Positions 35,498-42,434 of a stretch of 42,434 nucleotides of DNA are shown here, piece after piece. Position 1 is the first letter of the stretch, and each line of letters starts with the position of its first letter. The DNA comes from an uncultured Bacteroides sp. (lineage in GTDB: Bacteria > Bacteroidota > Bacteroidia > Bacteroidales > JACABE01), in the NCBI GenBank assembly GCA_964646395.1, contig CAZYEM010000004.1, positions 1 through 42,434 of the forward strand, written 5' to 3'. A program made the translations under genes and the position numbers. The notes under the pieces are model-generated. The model saw nothing but the letters and a program-made list of their open reading frames with translations, searched no databases and was not told where the DNA came from.

Positions 35498-36055
35498 ATG
35501 AAGTCCATTTTTTTTACGTTGCTTTTTATACCATTATTTTCAGGAAATGTTTTTATTTCTGTAAATCCGGTTATTTTTCCCAATGTAAAGGAGATTCCTA
35601 CAGTTATGAAAAAAAACAATCAATCTCTATTCTATATAGAAAGAAGTAAAAATAAAAACCGAGTATATTATGATGCCAATATTAATGCAAATGGGAAACT
35701 AGATATAGAGCAACCTATTGATGTATATTGGCTTAATCTCGAAGAAAATTATGGAAAAAGAGGCGAGTTGTCTTATATTCAGGAAAAGATGGCTTATGGT
35801 TATAAATCTGTAAAAATAAGTGATAGACTTTTTGAAATTAAATTAAAAGCTTTCGACCAACGACCCATTAACCTTTTGATAGATAATAAAGGTAAAACAA
35901 AAGCCCAGATAAAAATTCAGGGCAAACAAGCTTATCTCCATCACCTTTTTATAAAAGCAAATGATAAGGGATTGGCAACTATTGTTCAATATATTGAATT
36001 GTTCGGATATGATATTTACAACAAAGCCGAAGTTTACGAAAAAATTATCCCATAA
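35498..36055 (+). CDS. DUF4833-family exported protein
   Basis: signal peptide; LFYIERSKNKN.VYYD, PI.VYW, ELS.IQ..MAYG, YIELFG. Confidence 0.8.
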   Translation: MKSIFFTLLFIPLFSGNVFISVNPVIFPNVKEIPTVMKKNNQSLFYIERSKNKNRVYYDANINANGKLDIEQPIDVYWLNLEENYGKRGELSYIQEKMAYGYKSVKISDRLFEIKLKAFDQRPINLLIDNKGKTKAQIKIQGKQAYLHHLFIKANDKGLATIVQYIELFGYDIYNKAEVYEKIIP

Positions 36056-36093
36056 CTAATTGTTTCAATTAAATTTATATAATTCATAAGTCT

Positions 36094-38655
36094 ATGCAAC
36101 TATTTAAAATAACAACTATATTTATCTTATTGCTATTAATTAATCCTTTTAATCAGGCTAAATCGCAACAGATGACAACCATCAGAGGCATTGTTACCGA
36201 TTCAGTTACTAATGAACCTTTGCCTTTTGTTAATATCGTTTTTCAAGGTAAAAACATTGGAACAACTACTGATTTTGACGGAAAATTTACACTGAATACC
36301 CAATGGGCTTCCAACACAATTAAAGCATCTTTTGTTGGTTACAATCCTGTAATTAAGAAGATTAATACAGGAAAATCACAATTTGTCGAAATTAAACTTC
36401 GGGCTCATAATATAGATCTTAAAGAAGTGATTATAAAAACTGATGCCAAAAAGTACAAAAACAAGGATAATCCTGCAGTGGAACTTATTCGTAAAGTTAT
36501 TGATAATAAACAGGTAAATAGGGGTGAAGCTGCAAAATTTTACGAATATAAAAAGTATGAGAAGCTGGAAATGTCGCTCAATAACTTTACTGAAAAGTTT
36601 ATGGAAAGACGTTACTTGCGAAAACTAAAATTTATATTCGATTATGTAGATACTTCCAAAGTAAATGGCAAACCTTACCTGCCTTTTTATCTAAAAGAAT
36701 CATTGTCGAGAGTGTATTATAAACAGGAAGGTGATGTTAAGCGTGAGTTTATTGATGCACAAAGAGTGGTTGGTCTCGAAAAATATATTGATCAGGAGGG
36801 AATAACTTCAATCAATAAAAGTATGTACACTGATATTGATATTTATAATAATGATATCTTTTTTATGACCAATCAATTTGTTAGCCCTACAAGTGTGATT
36901 GCACCCACTTTCTATAAATTTTTTATTATTGATACGGTGATGGTTAAAGACCGTAGATGCATCAATCTGGCATTTATTCCACGTAATAAAATCAGTATGG
37001 GTTTTACAGGAAATATTTATATTACTGATGATTCTCTTTATGCCATTAAGCGCGTGGATATGGGTGTTTGTAAAGATATTAGCTTAAACTTTGTTAGTGA
37101 TGTAAAGATTGAACAGGATTTTTCGCCAACCAGTGAAGGATTCTGGGCTCTTACCAAAGATGAAATGACAGTTGATTTCAGCCTTACAAGTAAAGGGTTG
37201 GGAATGTTTGCTCACAAAACGGTTTCTTACAACGATAGATTATTTAATGTAAAAAGTTCCGATTCATCATACCGGGGTGTTCAAAAGGAAATTGTTGCCG
37301 AATATGCTGCAAGTATGCCTGCAACTTATTGGAATGCAAACAGACCGATACAATTATCCAAATCAGAAAAGGGAGTAGAAGAGATGATGACAAGAGTTCA
37401 GAATGTTCCTGCCTTTAGAATGTTTATGGATGTTGTGATGCTGGCTTTTGCAGGTTATAAGGATTTTGGTCCTATTGACGTAGGACCGATAAATACATTT
37501 TACAGTTTTAATGATGTGGAAGGATTCCGTTTAAGGGTAGGAGGGAAGACCAATCTCAATTTCAGTAAAAGGATAATGCTTGAAGGATTTTATGCTTATG
37601 GAACTAAAGATGAGAAAAGCAAATATCTAGGAGCTGTTTCATATTCTTTTAAGAAGATAAAAGTCAATTTTAATGAGTATCCAATTAATTCAATTAAATT
37701 TACCTATCAACATGATACTAAAATTCCTGGTCAGGAACTCAAATTTTTTGCCGAGGATAACTTTTTGCTTTCCTTTAAGCGAGGTGTTTCTGATAAAATG
37801 ACATACAACGATTTATACAAACTGGAATACAATCAGGAATTAACCAAAGGTTTTTCTTATGGATTATCATTTAAATATCTGGAGCAGAAACCTGGGGGCA
37901 ATTGGAACTGGAGTTATAGCAGCAACGAAAGCAGTAAGATTTTTAAGGAAAATATTACTACAAATGAAGTAGGTTTTACTTTTCGTTTTGCTCCCAACGA
38001 ACAATTTTATCAGGGGAAAACTTATAGAATTCCAATTTATAATCAATATCCTGTTATTCAGTTGAGAGGAAATTTCGGAATTAAGGATTTTATGAATGGA
38101 GAATATAGTTTTCAGTCATTCTCTGTAAATATTTTCAAGCGGTTTTATGCTTCCATATTTGGTTATTCCGATGTTGAGGTAGAAGCTGGCCGAATATGGG
38201 GCGATGTGCCTTATCCGCTGATGTATATTCACAATGCAAATCAAACGTATGCTTATCAGATTCAGGCATATAATATGATGAATTTCCTCGAATTTGTGAG
38301 CGATAAATATGCAAGTGTAAATTATACCCATTATTTCAATGGTTTATTTTTGAACAGAATTCCTTTGTTTAAAAGGTTAAAATTCAGAGAACTAATTTCT
38401 GTAAAAGCATTGTTTGGCGAAGTGGGCGAAAATAATAATCCTTACTTAAATAAACAGTTGCTAGCATATCCTACGGATGAAAACGGCAATTCATTAACTT
38501 TTACATTGGATGGAAAACCATACATGGAAGCCAGTGTTGGAGTGAGCAATATTTTTAAGTTTCTGAGAGTGGATCTTGTTAAACGATTGACTTATATGGA
38601 AAATTTAAATGCTCCTTCGCTGGGAATAAGAGCAAGGTTTAAGTTTGATTTTTAG
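36094..38655 (+). CDS. DUF5686 outer-membrane protein with an N-terminal CarboxypepD_reg-like domain
   Basis: signal peptide, GIVTDSVTNEPLPFVNI...GTTTDFDGKF, FNDVEGFRLR.G, C-terminal FKFDF barrel signal. Confidence 0.85.
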   Translation: MQLFKITTIFILLLLINPFNQAKSQQMTTIRGIVTDSVTNEPLPFVNIVFQGKNIGTTTDFDGKFTLNTQWASNTIKASFVGYNPVIKKINTGKSQFVEIKLRAHNIDLKEVIIKTDAKKYKNKDNPAVELIRKVIDNKQVNRGEAAKFYEYKKYEKLEMSLNNFTEKFMERRYLRKLKFIFDYVDTSKVNGKPYLPFYLKESLSRVYYKQEGDVKREFIDAQRVVGLEKYIDQEGITSINKSMYTDIDIYNNDIFFMTNQFVSPTSVIAPTFYKFFIIDTVMVKDRRCINLAFIPRNKISMGFTGNIYITDDSLYAIKRVDMGVCKDISLNFVSDVKIEQDFSPTSEGFWALTKDEMTVDFSLTSKGLGMFAHKTVSYNDRLFNVKSSDSSYRGVQKEIVAEYAASMPATYWNANRPIQLSKSEKGVEEMMTRVQNVPAFRMFMDVVMLAFAGYKDFGPIDVGPINTFYSFNDVEGFRLRVGGKTNLNFSKRIMLEGFYAYGTKDEKSKYLGAVSYSFKKIKVNFNEYPINSIKFTYQHDTKIPGQELKFFAEDNFLLSFKRGVSDKMTYNDLYKLEYNQELTKGFSYGLSFKYLEQKPGGNWNWSYSSNESSKIFKENITTNEVGFTFRFAPNEQFYQGKTYRIPIYNQYPVIQLRGNFGIKDFMNGEYSFQSFSVNIFKRFYASIFGYSDVEVEAGRIWGDVPYPLMYIHNANQTYAYQIQAYNMMNFLEFVSDKYASVNYTHYFNGLFLNRIPLFKRLKFRELISVKALFGEVGENNNPYLNKQLLAYPTDENGNSLTFTLDGKPYMEASVGVSNIFKFLRVDLVKRLTYMENLNAPSLGIRARFKFDF

Positions 38656-38800
38656 GGAAACCAACAAATCAACTTAATTTGTTCTGTTGGTTTAAAATGA
38701 AAAAAATGTCAATACCATTTTAGTATTGCCTTTTTTATGAAAATAAGAAAAATCCTAATTTAGTTTTTTCTAAAGTTTTAATGATTCGTGGTTTTAAATA

Positions 38801-38838
38801 AAAATAAAAGCCGATAGTAATTCAATACTATCGGCTTT
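38801..38838 (-). terminator. intrinsic terminator of secA (possibly bidirectional)
   Basis: AAAGCCGATAGTA-N6-TACTATCGGCTTT 13-bp stem. Confidence 0.85.
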
Positions 38839-38859
38839 CTCGTTTTTATCCTGGAAAAT

Positions 38860-41800
38860 TTAGTCAACTAAATCTTTACCATGGCATTGTTTAAATTTTT
38901 TACCACTACCACATGGACAAGGATCGTTTCTACCTACTTTTTTCTCAACTCTTATTGGTTGAACTTTTTCCTCACTTTGTGTGCGGTTAGCAGTTGGAGT
39001 AGCGGCTTGTTCTTCCCTGCTGGTTTTTAGTTTGCTCAAATCAGTATGCTGAACTCTGGCTTCCTTTACATTAGATGAATCTTGTATAGGTAGTTTTCCT
39101 AAACATAAGAAAGAACTTATTTCCTTATTAATATTTTGAATCATTGTTTTAAATAATTCAAATGATTCAAATTTATATATTAACAATGGATCTTTTTGTT
39201 CATAAGTTGCATTCTGAACTGATTGTTTCAGCTCGTCCATCTCACGCAATTGTTCTTTCCATGCATCATCAATTAAAGCCAGTGTTAAGCTTTTTTCAAC
39301 AGCAGTAATAACCTCTTTTCCTTTTGAATCATAGCATTTTTTAATTGGAGCTACAATATTTAATGTTTTTTTACCATCAGTAATCGGAATAGCAATATTT
39401 TCATATCGGCTTCCATTGTTTTCATAAACATCCTTAATGATTGGAAAAGCATGTTCGGCCATTGTAATTGATTTCTTCTGATATGAATTATAGGCTTCGT
39501 CAAAAATCTTTTCAGTGATTTCATCGGATTTAAGTGCAAAAAATTCCTTTTCAGAAACAGGAGATTCTATACCAAAATTACGGATTAGTTCCATATTAAA
39601 GTTGCCAAAATCTCTTGATTCTAAGTGGTCATTTACAATATTATCACTTACATCATACATCATATTGGAAATGTCAATCGGCAAACGATCACCATAAAGA
39701 GCATTTCTGCGTTTTTTGTAGATAACTTCACGTTGAGAATTCATTACATCATCATATTCCAATAAACGTTTACGGGTACCGAAGTTGTTTTCTTCAACTT
39801 TTCGCTGTGCTCTTTCAATAGATTTAGTAATCATTGAATGCTGAATAACTTCACCTTCCTGCAAGCCTAATCTGTCCATAACCCTTGCAATACGGTCTGA
39901 ACCAAATAAACGCATTAAATCGTCTTCAAGAGAAACAAAGAACTGAGAACTTCCAGGATCTCCCTGACGTCCCGCACGACCTCTCAACTGGCGGTCAACA
40001 CGACGGGATTCATGTCGTTCAGTACCTACAATTGCCAAACCACCGGCTTCTTTAACGCCAGGTCCGAGTTTTATATCAGTACCACGACCTGCCATATTAG
40101 TAGCAATAGTTACAGTTCCAGCAATACCTGCTTCGGCAACAATATCAGCCTCTTTCTTATGTAATTTAGCATTCAGAACATTATGTCTAATATTCCGCAT
40201 TTTAAGAGAACGACTCAGTAATTCTGAGATTTCAACAGATGTTGTACCTACCAAAACCGGCCTTCCAATATTTACTAGTCGTTGAATTTCTTCAATAACT
40301 GCATTGTATTTTTCTTTTTTGGTTTTATAAACCAAATCTTCCATATCTTTACGAACAACAGATCTGTTTGTTGGAATCACAACTACATCTAATTTGTAAA
40401 TATCCCATAACTCACCAGCTTCGGTTTCAGCTGTACCGGTCATACCTGCAAGCTTGCTATACATACGGAAATAGTTTTGCAAAGTAATGGTAGCATAAGT
40501 TTGAGTTGCTGCTTCAATCTTTACATTTTCTTTGGCTTCAATTGCCTGATGCAAACCATCCGAATAACGTCTGCCTTCCATAATACGACCGGTTTGCTCA
40601 TCAACAATTTTTATTTTGTTGTCCATTATAACATACTCAACATCCAATTCAAATAAGGTATATGCTTTTAATAGCTGATTTATTGTATGAACCCTATCAG
40701 ATTGAATGGCATAATTACGAAGTATTTCTGCTTTCTTCTCACGTTTTGCTTCTGATGAAAGATTAAATTTTTCAAGTTCAGCAATTTCGGCACCTACATC
40801 AGTAAGCATATAATACTTTGCCTCTTCTTCATTTGCCGAAATATAATCAATTCCTTTTTCTGTAAGGTCGATTGTATTATGTTTTTCTTCAATTACAAAA
40901 AACAATTCATCATCAATGATGTGCATATTTTTGTTCTGTTCCTGCATATAGTAGTTCTCGGTTTTAAGCAGTAGTGCTTTCATTCCGGGTTCACTCAGAA
41001 ACTTAATAAGGGCTTTGTTTTTTGGTAAACCTCTATGAGAACGTAACAATAATTCACCTCCTTTTTTCTCGTTTTCAGAAGAAGGATTATTGCTTAATAA
41101 TTTTTTAGCATCTGCTAATAATTGAGTTACCAAATTACGTTGAGCATTATAAATCTTTAGAATATTTGGTTTTAAAGCTTCAAATTCCTGATTATCTCCT
41201 TTTGGAGTAGGACCTGAGATAATCAAAGGAGTACGTGCATCATCAATCAAAACAGAGTCAACCTCATCTACAATTGAATAATTGTGTTTTCGTTGCACCA
41301 ATTCTTCAACATTACGTGCCATATTATCACGCAAATAATCAAAACCAAATTCATTATTTGTTCCATAAGTGATATCAGCTAAATAAGCATTCTTACGGCT
41401 TTCTGAATTAGGTTCGTGTCTGTCGATGCAATCCACTTTTAATCCATGAAATTCAAACAACATTCCCATCCATTCTGAGTCACGTTTTGCAAGATAGTCA
41501 TTTACTGTAACTAAATGAACGCCTTTACCTGGCAATGCATTTAAGTAAACAGGAAGAGTTGCTACTAAAGTTTTACCTTCACCTGTTGCCATTTCAGCAA
41601 TTTTGCCAGAATGTAAAACAATACCACCTATCAGCTGAACATCATAATGAACCATATCCCAGGTTATCATAGTGCCTCCGGCAGTCCATTTATTGTCGTA
41701 ATAAGCTTTTTCACCTATTATATTTACACTATCACGTCTTGCTGCCAGATCTCTGTCCCAAGGCATTATTGAAACTTCTACCTTTTCATTTTCCTTAAAA

Positions 41801-42162
41801 CGTTTAGCCGTTTCTTTAACTACAGAAAAAGCTTCAGGTAAAATATCCAATAATATTTCCTGAATTTTATCGTATTCCAGTTTTTCCAGCTTGTCAATTT
41901 GTTGATAGAGTAATTCTTTTTCATCAACATCAATATCGGGTTCATTGTCAATACGGGCTTTAATGTCTGATATCCCGGTTTGTTCTTCAGTTAAATAATC
42001 TGATATTCGTTGACGAAATTCCTGAGTTTTAGCTCTAAGCTCATCATTGCTAAGCAAGCAAATAGTTTCATAAGCTTTTTTAGTAGCTTCAAGTAAAGGA
42101 TTTATTTCTTTTATATCTCTTTGGGATTTATTTCCAAAGAGTTTACTTAATGATTTTAACAT
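38860..42162 (-). CDS. secA: preprotein translocase ATPase SecA
   Basis: [49 protein letters not shown] motif [19 protein letters not shown]. Confidence 0.99.
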   Translation of the reverse strand: MLKSLSKLFGNKSQRDIKEINPLLEATKKAYETICLLSNDELRAKTQEFRQRISDYLTEEQTGISDIKARIDNEPDIDVDEKELLYQQIDKLEKLEYDKIQEILLDILPEAFSVVKETAKRFKENEKVEVSIMPWDRDLAARRDSVNIIGEKAYYDNKWTAGGTMITWDMVHYDVQLIGGIVLHSGKIAEMATGEGKTLVATLPVYLNALPGKGVHLVTVNDYLAKRDSEWMGMLFEFHGLKVDCIDRHEPNSESRKNAYLADITYGTNNEFGFDYLRDNMARNVEELVQRKHNYSIVDEVDSVLIDDARTPLIISGPTPKGDNQEFEALKPNILKIYNAQRNLVTQLLADAKKLLSNNPSSENEKKGGELLLRSHRGLPKNKALIKFLSEPGMKALLLKTENYYMQEQNKNMHIIDDELFFVIEEKHNTIDLTEKGIDYISANEEEAKYYMLTDVGAEIAELEKFNLSSEAKREKKAEILRNYAIQSDRVHTINQLLKAYTLFELDVEYVIMDNKIKIVDEQTGRIMEGRRYSDGLHQAIEAKENVKIEAATQTYATITLQNYFRMYSKLAGMTGTAETEAGELWDIYKLDVVVIPTNRSVVRKDMEDLVYKTKKEKYNAVIEEIQRLVNIGRPVLVGTTSVEISELLSRSLKMRNIRHNVLNAKLHKKEADIVAEAGIAGTVTIATNMAGRGTDIKLGPGVKEAGGLAIVGTERHESRRVDRQLRGRAGRQGDPGSSQFFVSLEDDLMRLFGSDRIARVMDRLGLQEGEVIQHSMITKSIERAQRKVEENNFGTRKRLLEYDDVMNSQREVIYKKRRNALYGDRLPIDISNMMYDVSDNIVNDHLESRDFGNFNMELIRNFGIESPVSEKEFFALKSDEITEKIFDEAYNSYQKKSITMAEHAFPIIKDVYENNGSRYENIAIPITDGKKTLNIVAPIKKCYDSKGKEVITAVEKSLTLALIDDAWKEQLREMDELKQSVQNATYEQKDPLLIYKFESFELFKTMIQNINKEISSFLCLGKLPIQDSSNVKEARVQHTDLSKLKTSREEQAATPTANRTQSEEKVQPIRVEKKVGRNDPCPCGSGKKFKQCHGKDLVD

Positions 42163-42211
42163 AATTGTGGTAAAATATATATGTAATTATTATTTTCACT
42201 TAATTAATAAG

Positions 42212-42219
42212 CAAAATTA
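42212..42219 (-). promoter_or_regulatory. sigma-A -7 box for secA
   Basis: TAATTTTG on the minus strand upstream of the ATG. Confidence 0.55.
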
Positions 42220-42282
42220 ATCTTATTTAATAAATTAATATTCATTTTTTGAAAATTTATAATAAAATTCATTTGCTGATAG

Positions 42283-42318
42283 AAAAAAACCGTCTGACCA
42301 AGGTTAGACGGTTTTTTT
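42283..42318 (-). terminator. intrinsic terminator after the DUF2795 gene
   Basis: A7-CCGTCTGACC-AA-GGTTAGACGG-T7. Confidence 0.88.
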
Positions 42319-42319
42319 G

Positions 42320-42434
42320 TTAATATTCGTCTTCATGAAAGAAGAAGTCATCTTTAGTTGGGTAGTCAGGCCAAAGATCTTCAATACTTTCGTAAATCTC
42401 CCCCTCATCTCCAATTTCCCGAAGACTTTCAATA
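42320..42434 (-). CDS. DUF2795-family small acidic protein, 3' part only (runs off the window; not in the ORF track)
   Basis: manual translation ...IESLREIGDEGEIYESIEDLWPDYPTKDDFFFHEDEY*. Confidence 0.85.
   Translation of the reverse strand, partial: IESLREIGDEGEIYESIEDLWPDYPTKDDFFFHEDEY

Noticed and set aside
35443-35649. 68-aa ORF spanning the MIPS-DUF4833 hairpin, considered as a leader peptide
   Set aside because: TTG start, out-of-frame overlap with DUF4833, and no recognisable features.

Overview
AT-rich chromosomal window from a Bacteroidota organism, probably Bacteroidales-like. The evidence is repeated TAnnTTTG -7 promoter boxes, A-rich leaders without Shine-Dalgarno, a T9SS C-terminal-domain protein, DUF5686/DUF4833/DUF2795 genes and an RprX/RprY-like two-component pair. 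Housekeeping genes: purN, a THUMP rRNA methyltransferase, ndh, ahpC, initiator tRNA-Met, era, der, an Hsp15-like S4 protein, a RluA/RluD synthase, pgi and secA. The most notable element is a TetR-controlled inositol operon (29081-38655): nucleotidyltransferase, ATP-grasp protein, CDP-alcohol phosphotransferase, flippase-like protein, HAD phosphatase, myo-inositol-phosphate synthase, DUF4833 and a DUF5686 beta-barrel. Its ATP-grasp protein carries catalytic residues typical of ITPK1-type inositol-phosphate kinases rather than RimK-type ligases, suggesting bacterial inositol-phosphate phosphorylation. Other observations: (i) an RR-HK-HK-RR cluster with a His->Lys pseudokinase and a regulator with a degenerate HTH; (ii) a secreted Cys-rich miniprotein divergent from a Cys-rich-sensor kinase, with OmpR-type direct repeats between them; (iii) three copies of a ~128-bp MITE-like repeat, one carrying a nested hairpin insertion; (iv) two unrelated 3'UTRs sharing an anti-start-codon motif next to their terminators. 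All family assignments come from motif reading by eye; no searches were run.
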